A DNA stretch of 64,000 nucleotides from the human T2T-CHM13v2.0 reference genome, Homo sapiens, in the NCBI RefSeq assembly GCF_009914755.1, contig NC_060932.1. One strand, 5' to 3'. Both the position numbers and the translations under genes were made by a program. Below, in pieces: positions 15,216 to 34,729 of the stretch. Numbering within the stretch: the first letter of the stretch is position 1; each line of letters starts with the position of its first letter. Under the pieces are notes generated by a model, which saw only the letters and a program-made list of their open reading frames with translations, was not told the DNA's origin and did not search any database.

Positions 15216-17210
15216 ATAGGAACTGCTTCCAGCTCTGTCTGCCCATAAACTCATTTGGGAAAAAACACTGTTGGATCATTCCAGTTTGGTTCCTACTTCT
15301 CAGAGTCACAAGACTGTCTGCATTTAGTTCCAAAATGTAGAGTTCAATCTATCTCCCCAGATAAATAGTTTCTATTTGCAACTCCTCAGAAGCCAAAGTG
15401 GCTGGACATTCTTCACCAAATGCCAAGTCTTAGGAAATCAACCAACTGTGTAGAGAAAAGCTGAAGACGGGGTTAAGTGTGCAGTGAGGAAAGGCCTCTG
15501 GGAGGTCTTTCCAGACTAGGAAAGAAAGCGACTAGAAGCAGAATGCAAAGGAAAACAGGGGCCAGGTGACCAGAAAAAATCACATCTTCTTGAGCCTCAA
15601 TTTATTCATCTGGAAAATGAGAGAACTGACAAAAAAAATACACATGCATTACAAGAGTTTGGATGGATGCCCTTCAGAGATCCTTCAAAATTTGGGGAAA
15701 TTTTTTCCCTTCTTCACTTGGAGACATCAGCAGTTGCTTCCTTGCATAATAAGCAAGAACAGAAATCACCTAGAAGCAGATCTTTGTAGCTCTGCGGAGA
15801 TTCATTCACTTAAGCAGTTTCCCTTGGTTATGAAGTGAAGGGCTTGTTGGGCCCATCATCCTAAAGAAGGGGTATAACCAAAATGTTGTGTTTTAGATGG
15901 ATTTTAGAAAACACCCCCTGGTCATGTTTACCTGGCTAGAAAGGGGCAAGAGGTGGATCTTTGGGGTGAAGGTTGTTGAAAATGGTTCTAACCCAGGGCT
16001 CCTGGGGCTGGCCTGCACCTTAGAAAATGGCCATGAGGTGAACCAAAAGAGTAGATCCCCAAGAATCACAGGGAGGCCATGAGGCTCCAAAACTGAGTGT
16101 GACATTCTGAGGTCATTCCCTGCAGAATCACAGAGAAGAAATGTCACGTGGCATCCAAGAACGGCAGCCCACACAGAAGGCCCAGTCTCTGCCTGAGGGC
16201 TCCAGACACAGATCTCCCAGACAATTCAGGCAGCCCTCCCTCTCTGTTCAACCTTGCATCTTCCAGTAGAAATGGAAGCCAACGCACACCCCGTAGAATA
16301 TTCTAGTGCAAGCCATGCTATTTGCCAAGGCCTGAATCTCTGCCACCTCATGCTCCACGCTCAAGCCACAACTGAGAGTTGAGAGAGGTTATACTTCGAC
16401 CCTTCCCTCTCAGACATTCTAACTGATGATTGAGCTCAAATTCAAGAATTCGCCCTGGCTCGGTTTGAGGACTGCCTTAGAACTAAATACCAAGTGGTTG
16501 CTGGCTTGGTGGCTGGAGCTGGAGAGGAAGAGGCAAAGAAAGAAGTCTGCTGGTCAGGCCCCTAGGCCAGCTACCGGCTGAAGAACACTTTAATCTGTGC
16601 TCGAAAAAGCATCTCAGAACTCCAGGATGTGTCCACAACCTGTCTGTGGAAAGAGTGGAAAGGGATGTAGACTTTGTAACTCAGGAACTCTTTTGGGTAA
16701 ACAATGTTTGCCTAATCTCTTAGCCATGTGTATAAAACAAGGGCCAAGTCCACACATCCAGGGCCCTTATTTCAACATTGTAAGGACTGGCAACGAATCT
16801 GATAAGAGTTTGGAAGCTTATTTCTCAACTAAAGCAAATGCTAGGAAGTCCAATACAGCAGGGTTTAAAACTTTTTCTTCAATTTCTAAAATGCAAAACT
16901 ATCTGGAAAGGAGAAAGTATTCCATCTTGGATTTATACCATACGAGGGTAGTATTTTTATATTAGATTGTAACCAAAATAAACTTGTCCGAATTTAGATC
17001 ACAGATCTTATTATTCTTGTCCATCGCTCAAGCCCTTCCTTGCCCTTTCCAGCATTCTCCACCGAGAAACCAGCTGTTGGGGTGGATAGCGGCAGTCCAA
17101 AAAGCGTAGTATACTGCTGCTGTTCCTTCTTGCTGCCACAAGGTGTCAGTTTTGAAAACTGATCCCCCAACAGCCTGAGCTGAGATGCGGTTTCATTGTT
17201 GACTGTTGAA

Positions 17211-17517
17211 ATTTTTTTTTTTTTTTTGAGACGAGGTCTCCACTCTCGCCCAGGCTGGAGTGCAATGGCTGGGTCACGGCTCACTGCAGCCTCAACCTCC
17301 GTGGCTCAAGCAATCCTCCGACCTCAGCTCCCAAGTAGCTGGAACTACAGGCACTCACCACCACGCCTGGCTAATTTTTTTTTCTTTTTTTTTTTTTTTT
17401 CCAGTGATGAGGTCTTGCTGTGTTGCTTAGGCTGGTCTTGAACTCCTGGGCTCAAGAGATCCTCCTGCCTTGGCCTCCCAAAGTCCTGGGATTACAGACA
17501 TGATTCAGACCATTGCC
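17211..17517 (-). mobile_element. Alu (AluJ-like)
   Basis: Reverse Alu. Confidence 0.92.
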
Positions 17518-18000
17518 AGAAACTGCCAGAAATCTTCCAAGCAAAACGATCCCATTCCTCTAGGCTAAGCTCAACTGAGGTGACCCCAAAGTGGCAGCTC
17601 TTCCTATATGCCTGCTCAGGCTTGCTTCAGATGCTAGCATCACCCCCACTAACCCAGAAACACTGCTGCACTTTGCCCCTAAGGAAATCCATCCCCTCGG
17701 AGTGAGGAAACATTCCCTCTTCAGTTCTCAAAACACAAAGGATATGATACGCCACTGTTTTCTGCAACTGGGGGTTATATCCCTGTCATCGTCCTATAGG
17801 GAAGCCTCCCTTATTGGCTCCAGGGGCGCAATACCAGCCTTCTGAGGGAGGGAAGCCACCCGCACTGACTCCAATGTGAGTCACCCTTCCAGGAGCCGCT
17901 CCAAGGCACCTACATCTCTCCTTCTACGGAAAGCCGCCTAACGTCATTCCAGGGGTCTTGTAAGACAGGCTACCTGACTTGGACAGAGAGTCCAAGCTGA

Positions 18001-18348
<348 letters not shown>

Positions 18349-18574
18349 TAACTGCTGGCCAAACAGTTCACTTCATTATGAACAGGTTATTTCAGTTACT
18401 GTTGAAATATCTGATCTTCATTCACTATTTAAACTTGTCACGAGAAAGCACCTTCTGAATAAAGAGTAAGGAACAATGACAACAGTGAAATATAGTCCCA
18501 ACCTATTTGCCTTTTATCCTATATCAGTAATCAGTTCCTATATCCTCCATCAGAAGATACTGCAAAGATGTTAC

Positions 18575-18617
18575 CTGGATGCGGTTCCTGGCCAAAAACA
18601 TCCTTCGTTTCTGCCAT
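18575..18617 (-). CDS. NUGGC: NUGGC first coding segment (MAETKDVFGQEPHP) in exon 2 (exon 18575-18663)
   Basis: ATG at 18617-18615, CAG|gtaa donor, polypyrimidine tract and ttcacag| acceptor at 18664; 43 coding nt give phase 1, matching exon 3. Confidence 0.92.
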
Positions 18618-18823
18618 TCCTTGTTACGTGAACTCCTGCTCTTCTCAGTTCAGGAGAACCAGCCTGTGAAGACAAAGTACAAAGACAGGTGGGGCAGCGG
18701 AATTTGAAAATACAGAAAGCAAACCCTAAGGATGTGTCAGTCTGCTTGTGCGGTATTTCTGCCCATTCCAACGTATCTCTGAATCCCTCACAACACCTAG
18801 TACACTACTTGATGGAAATATAA

Positions 18824-19195
<372 letters not shown>

Positions 19196-20504
19196 TCACG
19201 CTGAAATGAGAATAAGCCTCTGGTGACCAGAGCTGTGAAGGTGAATTTATATAGCTTCGCTGCTTTGGGTGGCATCAGTGCTCCACTGGGGCAAGGCTTG
19301 AACCCTGAGCCAGTGCTATTTAGTTCCAGAAAGTCTCAGCAGGAATCTGGGAGGTGGAACATTAGATATTCCTAGAGTTCCCTGGAGTTGCTTTGGGGGG
19401 CTGCTGACTGGGGAAGGAGATGCAGTGACTTGGTTCCCTGGACCTTCCTCACCAAGCGCAACTTCCACCAGGAGGACACCCCTCCTGGGCTCTCCTTGCA
19501 GCTTGCAGCATGGAGCATCTGCAGGAGGGAGAGGAGAGGCACATCCAAAAGAAGAAGGGGCAGATCCAGTTGGTCTCCAGTCCACCAGCAGATAGGGCTT
19601 GGACATAGAGGGAGAACTGGACCCGTGGAGGCTCAGAACAGAGGGCACTGCCCAGACAGGGTAGAATCTGCTAGCCTGGAGCTGCTTCATCTCCACCCAT
19701 AGAGAAGAATTTGAGGAACACGAGTGGGGAACACCCAAGGTGCTTACTTGCCGTTACCTGATGTTTCTGTTTGGATCACTCAGCCGTGTATTTCAAAAGC
19801 AGAGTCACCAGCCCTTCTGAAATATGCAAAATCACCTTTGATCTGTCCTACTAGACCCACAGGCTGTTATTTAGGGAAACTATGTCTCATTTACACATTA
19901 ACCCCAAATTAAAATCACCATTCATCAGTTACTCTTAGTTTGGTTTGCAGATATTAACTGACTAAACGGCTTCTGTATTTGGTGGGTGTTGGGTGAATGG
20001 GGTGAGAACCCCTATTAAGTGCAAGATTCTGAGTCTTAGGTAGAGCTCTTTCCCTCTCCCTTCCTCCCCTCTGCAGCCCATTTTCAGATCATCCCACACT
20101 CCTTACAGTTCTCCAAAGCAGGGTATCCTATTGAACTGCTGAGCATTTTAGCACATGTGGGGTGCCCTTCCCTTCTTCTCGCAGGTGAATTCCTGCTCTT
20201 GCTTCAAAATCCTGTTCTAGTGTTTCCTCTGTGAAACGGTGTCTGATTCCCACTCATTCCCCCCGTGTGTCCCCGGCTCCATACACACCTGTGTTATAAC
20301 ACTGACTGTGCTGTGCTTACGTCTGTTCCTCCTGGTTGAACCACTCGAGGTCAGAGGACTGCATTTTTTTCAGTGGTGCATTTCTATCAAGAAGGGCAAT
20401 GACTAACTAAACGTTAGCTGAATGAATGGATAACATAATGGATGGGAAGCTTTTGATGAGATTCCACACCAAAGGATGTTTAAAAGCTAAATTTGTTGTT
20501 TTGG

Positions 20505-20803
<299 letters not shown>

Positions 20804-21073
20804 CTGAATTCATTTTTGGTATGTTAGAGTCCTTGATTGAAGAGTAAAGCAAAGAGTAGAAATAAATAGTCAAGTATGCAAATGAAGCAGCACTCACAGT
20901 GAGGACTGCTCCACGGGGATGAGGAATATTTGATGTGAGGAAGGGAAGACACAGGTAAAGGCAGAAGATGGGGGCAGGGGCCTTCATGGTGGTCTTCAAA
21001 TGCATTACCTTACAGCTGCAAATAAAAGAGACATCCTGCATATTTTCTAGGGTTCCCAGAGGGTAGAAATAGA

Positions 21074-21089
21074 TCCACTAGGTGGCAGG
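21074..21089 (+). promoter_or_regulatory. CTCF motif TCCACTAGGTGGCAG
   Basis: Match to CCASYAGRKGGCRS. Confidence 0.55.
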
Positions 21090-21414
21090 TACAAGAAAGC
21101 ATTTTGGTTTAACATTCTCAACTAATCAGAGTTGTCCAAAATGGAATGAGCTCCCTTAGGAAACCGTGAGTTTTCTGCCTCTAGAGGTGTCTGAACCTAT
21201 ATTGATATGACCACCTAATAACGACATTGAGATAGATAAATTTTAAGCCTTCTTCAAATCCCAAGATTCTATGTTCTTACTTGAAATTTTCACCAAGAAA
21301 GCTGGTAGTAGAAGTGCCCTATGAGGTCACCAAATTTCACAAGAGGCACAAGCAATTTCTGGTTTGGAATACTGAGTCAGAAATGCTGACACACATCAAA
21401 ACCTAGGTGAGCTA

Positions 21415-21785
<371 letters not shown>

Positions 21786-23465
21786 TTAGATACAGAACTA
21801 GGATTACCCCTAGGAAAAAGATCTGTTGTTTTCTGAAGAGAGCAGCTTAAGGAGTAACTCGTATGAAATGCTAGGCATCATATTATCACAGTGAGCACTG
21901 GAAGCAAAACAAAATGTATGATACAACCAGTGAACAAATCCATGGTCGACCTCCAGGACAGCTGGTGTGCTGGAATTCAAATTCTAGGAGGAAACAGTGG
22001 AGCCGGATAAAGTACAAAAGAACTGATAGACCAAGTTGATAAGAGTCGTGGTCATACAGACACTAAGATTAGGGACCTTCAATTGAGAGAGCTGTGGATT
22101 AAAGGGCACAAAATCAAAGGGCCTTGAGTTTAGAGCAGAAGCAGCTGTGGTCACTGAATTCTGGAATACGGGTAGTGGTTTTGGCTTCTTTCAGAATCAC
22201 AAGAACTTTAGTTCATTTGACTTCATTTACTAAATCAACAGTACACAGTGTCCAGCAAGGGCCGTTAGCATGTAACTAGCTGGGGTTGGTTTGGGTTTAG
22301 CTGCATGCAATGAAGACAGAAAACCACACAACTTCCTCCGTAGCAGCATCTATGGTTTCTGTATACAAGTAATTTGTGAACTCTAACTGAAATTTGGAAT
22401 CATTGGAAATTATGTGGTTTGGTTGTGGTGGATTGGGCTTCAAATTCCTTTGGCCAATGTTCAAAGACTGGCAGGAAGGGATCATTTGATGACCAAACAA
22501 AAACACTAGCAAATGGAAAGGGATCATTTGCAAAAAGGCTAAGAGGACAGAAGAAAATAAACACCAAGTACATAAAAAGGAAAAGCGATAAACAAATGGG
22601 GGTAGTTTGGTACAGACATTCAGTATATAGTCATTGGGTTGAACTAAATGATGAGGTGGGAAGAACATTAGGCTGGAAATCTGGTGTGGAAGCTTCCAGC
22701 TCCAGCTTTACCACCCATCAATAAAGCTGGAGGACTTAAGACAAGTCGTTTTATCACCCTGGCCTCAGGTTTCCCATGTGTAAGGCAAAGACTGAACTAG
22801 TCCTTAAAGTGTGAGTGTTCTCTGATTTAGATGGGTGCTAAAAAGACACAAATTCTCATTTTGAAAATGTCACCTGTCATTGAAACTGAGACCGTACCAA
22901 TGATTAGGGCTTCCGTGTGGCCAAGAGCAGTACACCAAGAGCACTGTGATTTCAAGTGCATTGTATTAAGGAGAAAATGAGCTACAGGAGTATAGTCCTT
23001 CTTCAAATCATCCTGCAGTCTATTTCCCCCCAAAGGGAAGGAATGGTGGTGTTCATTGTGAAAATTTGGTTTCTGTGGAGAAGCAATTGATAACAGTCCA
23101 AATTTATTGCTCAGATAAGCAAGGTTCTGCCTGTGTGGTTTATTTTGCTTGTATTTCAGCTATGTGGTTAGCACTGAAGTTTTGCTTTTAGTGCTTATTT
23201 ACATTCATGTGCACTGAACCTAAGAATAGCATCTTTTAAATAAGACTGTGCACATTCAGCTAGATATAGGAAGGCTGCACAGAACTGATTTCCTGATAAA
23301 TAATTGTAACTTTTCACAGTTATTCTTGCTTCTCTCCCCCTCCTTTTCTTCTGTTTGTGTTTGCTTATTGTTTTTTTTCTTACAGGAAAATCACAGAGGC
23401 AACACAAACGCAGGTCATTCCTGTACTAGAACAGCTGCATATCATGGCATTGAATAAAGAATGCG

Positions 23466-23749
23466 GGCCGGGTGCGGTGGCTCTCGCCTGTAATCCCAGC
23501 ACTTTGGGAGGCTGAAGCAGGTGGATCACAAGGTCAGGAGTTTGAGACCAGCCTGACCAGCATGGTGAAACCCCATCTCTACTAAAAATACAAAAATTAG
23601 CCCGGTGTGGTGGCACGCTCCTGTAATCCCAGCTACTCAGGAGGCTGATGCAGGAGAATTGCTTGAACCCAGGAAGTGGAGGTTGCAGTGAGCCGAGATC
23701 ACGCCACTGCCAGCCTGGGCAACAAAGCGAGATTTCGTCTTAAAAAAAA
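23466..23749 (+). mobile_element. Alu
   Basis: Alu; TSD aaagaatgc. Confidence 0.94.
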
Positions 23750-24032
23750 GAATGCTAGGGCCCCTTCTTCTACAGATCCAGACCCTGAGGACCAGGAAGG
23801 GGAAGAAACTTGTCCAAGGTCACATAGTAAGATTATGGCAATGAGGGCTGAAACTCAGTTTTCCTGACTCCAAGTTCAATGTTCTTTTCATCACATTCAG
23901 CAGCCTCTAATAGGCACTATTTAAACAAGCCCCCTGGAGCTCAGGCATAGGGCAATGGAAGGAGTAGTGCCCGCAAAGGAGGGTTCCCTCAAATGCATGG
24001 CAAAGGCATTTCATGAGAAGGAAGGCTGTTGA

Positions 24033-24467
<435 letters not shown>

Positions 24468-25236
24468 TGAAGACACCCTCAGAAGTAAAACAAGCCAGAG
24501 AGAGAGAGAGAGACTATCAGAGGAATACATTTTCACTGCATTTTTTCTGTGTTCAATGCAAAATTCAATGTGTTTATTACAAATGACAAATGTCCTTTTC
24601 TTTTCCCCTGGTTATTCTCCTTAGGCAGAATCTCATTTCACCCTACCTTGCCTCGCATCATTAACCCTTGCCAACACTATTTACTTACTTAAATTTAAAT
24701 GCTTAAATTAGCAAAGTTTCTCAAAGGGGCATTTTGGTCATTAACATTGGTTTACTCTCTACTTTTAATAAATATGGGAAGTACTTGGTACACAGCAAGC
24801 ACTAAATAATTTGTTGAATGAATGATGATAGATATAATTTTTTGTATCTATATCTAGATAGATCTACCTAGATCTAGATATAGATATATATCTTAGATGG
24901 TAAGATCAAGAATAGCAGAAATTATATTTACTATTTTATTTATCCATCCATTCATTCAACAAATATTTGTGAGTGCCTATGATGCACCAGGCACTGTTCT
25001 AGATACTGGGGGTACAGCAGGAAACAATGTGGTCACAGTATCTGCAAACAAAGGGCTTCCATATTCCAGATGTGAATGGTGGAGCAAAAATTATTAGGGA
25101 TTTGGAGTCAGAATGCCTGGATTTTTGCTCCTGCTCCCAATCTTCAATGCAACACAGAGCAAATCACCTGATCTCTCTGAGCCTCTATTTCTCCACATAT
25201 AGGATAGAATTGGTTTTAAAAAAAATACCTGTATCA

Positions 25237-25623
<387 letters not shown>

Positions 25624-25806
25624 TTATTTTTTGAATATTTTATGAAGGTAGTTAAACTAGAAATCAGTACTAGTGTCATCCAGGCCACGTCTGTTAGTCT
25701 TTGGGGAACAGATGCCACCTTAGCTGAGATTCTGACTCCCGTTCTTGTCCCTATTGATCAAACACATTGAGGATGCTCTACCATCTTCCTTAAAGAATCT
25801 TCGATC

Positions 25807-26111
<305 letters not shown>

Positions 26112-26829
26112 TCAAGTTTTTTCTTGCTCTCACAAGAAGGTGAGCTGAAGAATGAAAGAAGGAAGAGGAGGAGACTGTTAATGAAATGATAGAATGTTGA
26201 TGAAATTTAGAATTTATTTCCTTTCTCTTTGAGTTTGGGTTTAGGTTTAAGTAACTTTGGTGTTGGCAACATTTCCTAACCACCTCGTTGGCCACTGCAC
26301 TGCTCTTCCAAACTAGGGATGTCCCAAGGCAGCAATTTAAACACATTAGCTCAGAAGCAAAAGTGAAACAAGGGCCTCCAAATCTCTAAAGGAAAAGAGG
26401 TATGTTTTCAGCATTAACACATCGGCTAATGTGTTCAGAATTAGAAATGTGGCCACCAGAAGCAGTCGTAGTAGAAGGGAGGCTTTAGGATGACATGTTT
26501 TTCTCCATCTTTCTTCCCTAGGTAAAGAGGTAAGCAAAATAAGCAGATATTTTCATAACGTACTTTAGCAGATTCTAGCGAAACGAATTTGAATCTTCTC
26601 ATATTGCTCTCCCAAGCTTGTTAAAGCTAGTGAGGCATAAGATGACACTTCCCTCCTTATCAGGAATTCATACACCTGCCAGCAATTTCTGCAATAGCTG
26701 TTTTCTTTTGGGAGGAATGATTAATGACTTGCCTAAGATCACACTGTTCTGTAAAATTCAAACTAAAACCTGATTCTCCCCATTTCTAGCCCACTGGCCT
26801 TTTTACATAGCCTTAAAATTCACTTAAAC

Positions 26830-27125
26830 AGCCTGAGCATGGTGGCTCATGCCTGTAATCCCAGCACTTTGGGAGGCTGAGAGGAGAGGGGATCCCTTGG
26901 GCCCAGGAGCTTGAGACCAGCCTTGGCAACAAAGTGAGACCCTCATCTCTACAATTTTTTTTTTAATTAGCTGGGCATGGCAGCATGTATCTGTAGTCCC
27001 AGTTATTCAGGAGGCTGAGGCAGGAGGATTACTTGAGCCCAGAAGGTGAAGATTACAGTGAGCCATGTTCATACCACTGCACTCCAGCCTGGGTAACAGA
27101 CCGAAGCCTCAAAAACAAACAAACC
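26830..27125 (+). mobile_element. Alu (AluJ-like)
   Basis: Alu; TSD aaaattcacttaa. Confidence 0.92.
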
Positions 27126-27199
27126 AAACCCCCAAAATTCACTTAAGCAAACAGAAAAGTAAAATTCACTTTCCCTCAAGAAATAACTTGCTTTAAGAA

Positions 27200-27925
27200 A
27201 ATCAAAGGAGAGAGAAGAGACAAATGTCCCATATACAGAAGAATTCCAAATAATTTACGTAGCTACTCCATCCTCAAGGAGGTAGAATAAAACTCCCTGC
27301 TCCTTAAGTGTGTGCTGTGCATAGCAGCTTCTTTCCAAAGAGAACACGGCGGAGATTGGAGCAGGGAAAGGATCACCTTATAGCAGAGAAACCAGACAAG
27401 CGCTGCCTCTACCAGGTGGTCAAGGTCAACACCAACAGTCCTAAATCATGTTGACAATATTATCCCTTGATATGATGTGATGAGAACAGCACTTTAACTC
27501 TGGGACTCCTTCCCCAAAACCCATAACTCCAGTCTAATAATGAGAAAAACATCAGACAAATGCCAATAGGAGAAGCCTACAAAATACCCAACCAGTACTC
27601 CTCAAAACTGCCATATTCATCAAAAACAAGGAAAGTCTGAGAAACAACGCTACAGCTAAGAGGAGCCTAAGGGAACATAACTAAATATAATGTGCTATCC
27701 TGATAGGATGCCACAGTAGAAAGCAGACGTTAGATAAAAACCAAGAATCTGAATCAAGCACAGACTTTAGTTTAAGAATAACGTATCAGTATCGGTTCAT
27801 CAGTTGTAACAAATGTACCACACTAATACAAGATAATGGGGAAGTTGGGTGGGAATTACATGGGAATGCTCTAAACTATCTTCTCAATATTCCTGTAAAC
27901 TCAAAACTGTTCTAAAAATTAAGGT
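27200..27925 (+). mobile_element. Old L1 (L1MC/MD-type) 3' UTR fragment
   Basis: ggttcatcagttgtaacaaatgtaccacactaata...tcttctcaatattcctgtaaactcaaaactgttctaaaaa. Confidence 0.75.
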
Positions 27926-27984
27926 CCATTTTTAAAAAATCAACCACAAGTTACAGTACAAATTACATAAAAGAAACAACTTAC

Positions 27985-28150
27985 CAGATGTCACTGAACA
28001 GAAAAAAAAAAAAAAAGTTCTGGTTTGGTTACAGGAGTCCACAGAGGAGATGGTGGCAGCTTCTCCTTGGTTCAGGTATTTGGAACCAGCTGGGGTACGT
28101 AGCCCTTTGGGCCACAATCACAAAGCCACGTTTACACAGCAGAAGTGAAA
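27985..28150 (-). other. NUGGC: Probable NUGGC non-coding exon 1 / TSS region (5' end approximate)
   Basis: Strong donor CTG|gtaagt at 27984 in unique sequence between L1 and Alu; position fits my recollection of the gene length; TSS cannot be fixed from sequence. Confidence 0.6.
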
Positions 28151-28236
28151 CCAACTTGCCATCAGGGAGCTATTTACCATGGTCTCCTCCCACAGATACT
28201 GATTTATTCTGTCTTCTTTCACTTAAATCTAAATTC

Positions 28237-28689
<453 letters not shown>

Positions 28690-28959
28690 TCACTGGAGCA
28701 GACAGGAAAAATGCCCCAGTTCCAAGACAGACAAAGCACTGGCTCCCCGACACCCAACTATAAGACATGACTGGGAGAGATGGAGGATATGAGATAATAA
28801 ATATAAAGTTATTCTTGACCCAAAGTCTTAAAATTCACCAAAAATAACATTTGCCAAAAATAAAACAACATTGGATTGTTTGAGTGTAGAAATGAGTGAT
28901 ATACCGCTTTACACCTCTTTCTGGAACTTAAATTTTAAATCCGTATATTTTTATGTCTT

Positions 28960-29687
<728 letters not shown>

Positions 29688-30024
29688 TAAAGAGGTCAGA
29701 ACAGGGAAAGAATTGAAGATAAATGTTTAGACTGTGGTCTTAAAAACTGCTTTGAACTTTTGGCAAGATGACGTCCCTCCTCCATAAGAAAACCACAGAA
29801 ACACCAGGCTAAAGTTCAGAACAAAGAAAGTCAGCACAAATGCCATCCTGGATGCTGAGTCTTATACTGATCTCTCTAGGCAAAATCACACCTTACGCTT
29901 ACATTCATGTCACGTGTGCTCAGCTCTCCCTCTACTGGCTATTTCTTAGCTTCAACAGTTAACCACAAATGCTACTAAATTACTTAATTATTAAAATTAA
30001 TTTTGAGCATTTTTAAAGCTTCCT

Positions 30025-30689
<665 letters not shown>

Positions 30690-30789
30690 TCTGGGGTTCT
30701 TTATGGTAGTCCTTGGCACCTGCTATTGGACGCCTGAATGCTAGGCCTGTTAGATGTTTCTCCATTCTCTCAGGCTGAATTTCCATTGA

Positions 30790-33270
<2,481 letters not shown>

Positions 33271-33533
33271 GGGGAAAAGTTGGGGTTGGACTGGAAACCT
33301 GGGAGCAAACACGTGGTGCTCTGGGGATCACCTTGGAGAGACAAGGCTGAGTGACCCCCATGGAACACTAGTATTCTGAGGTGAGGCAGAGACAGAGTTC
33401 ACAAAAGAAAGAGAAGAGAAACCAAGAGAGTTGGAGGGCCCTGTCATAAAAGATGTTCATGGAAGAGTTGACAAAAAGAGTCAAACTCTGTAAAATACTT
33501 GAAGAGATTTATTCTGAGCCATGATTGACCAAC

Positions 33534-34017
33534 TGAGGCAAGACAGGCAAGCTCCAAAATTGGGGCTTTGCCTGGGAGGGTTCTTGGCTTTGCCCAGGAA
33601 ACAATTCAAGGGTGAGCTGATGGTGTTAAATAGCAACTTGCATTGAAGCAGCAGTGCACAGCTGCAGCAGAGGGACTGCTCCTTGCCGAGCAGGGCTACT
33701 CACAGGCAGTGCCCAGAAGAGCAGCTCAGAGGCAGTTCTGCAGTCATATTTATACCCACTTTTAACTGTATTCAAATTAAGGGGCAATTTACGCAGAAAT
33801 GTCAAGAATGAGGATGGTAACTTCCAGGTCATCAGGTCATTGCCATGGAAAGGGGAGGGTAATGTTCAGGTGTTGCCACGGCAATAGTAAACTGACATGG
33901 CATACTGGTGGGCATCTTATGGAAAGTTGCTTCCACCCCTGCCCTGTTTCAGCTAGTCCTCAACTTGATCCAGTGTCCAAACTCTGCCTCCAGAACAGAG
34001 TCCCACTTCCTACCTCA
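33534..34017 (-). mobile_element. Solo LTR, LTR19-like
   Basis: Reverse complement begins TGAGGTAGGAAGTGGGACTC...; TG..CA termini; X-box-like gttgccacggcaat at 33872. Confidence 0.7.
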
Positions 34018-34481
34018 CATGGTCTGTGACAGAGCCCCAGGGGATCCTGAGAACATGTGTCCAAGGTGGTCAGGTTACAGCTTGATTTTATACATTTTAG
34101 GGAGTTATAAGACATTACTACATGTAAGATGTATATTGGTTTGGTCCAGCATGGAGGAAAAGTTAAATATTAAATCTGAATTCAATTGAACCTGGACACA
34201 AACAATAGTCACCAAGTCCTGGAACAAGTTTTGTGAGTCCCTTGAGGCTTTCATCCAGCGCTGTTTCAGAGAAATCTCTATTTCAATCTATTCCTATACA
34301 TTAGTTATTGAAAAACAATAGACAATAGCAAAAACAAGTTGACCTTTTTGTGTTCCTTGAGCCTGGTTGTGAAGGGCCCTTGTGACTGGGCCTCATGCCA
34401 AACAACTTGTTACAAAAAGAGCTAGGGTCCCAGGCCCAGCCGAAGCTTCAGGAGACCTATCCTCATCTGTGCAAGGAGGAG

Positions 34482-34690
34482 TGGCCAACTCTGGAGCCCA
34501 GGCTGTTGCTTCCTGGTCTGGTGGTGAATCCTCCATAGTCTGGTGAGTGTAGTGCCCAACTCTGGAGCCCAGGATGTTGCTTCCCGGTCTGGTGGTGAAT
34601 CCTCCATAGTCTGGTGAGTGTAGTGTCCAAGTCTGGAACCCAGGCTGTTGCTTCTTGGTCTTGTGATAAATCCTCCATAGTCTGATGGGT

Positions 34691-34692
<2 letters not shown>
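34482..34692 (+). repeat. ~3 copies of a 71-bp tandem unit
   Basis: Unit anchor (c/g)tctgga at 34489, 34560 and 34631 (period 71). Confidence 0.95.

Positions 34693-34726
<34 letters not shown>
34693..34726. repeat. (GT)n microsatellite
   Basis: Direct reading. Confidence 0.97.

Positions 34727-34729
<3 letters not shown>

Noticed and set aside
17812-17832. CTCF-like GGCTCCAGGGGCGCA
   Set aside because: The G-run is one base short and the 5' core mismatches the consensus
34482-34692. Regularly spaced repeats resembling a CRISPR array
   Set aside because: The units are contiguous 71-bp tandem copies with no unique spacers, inside a human LTR, and there are no cas genes
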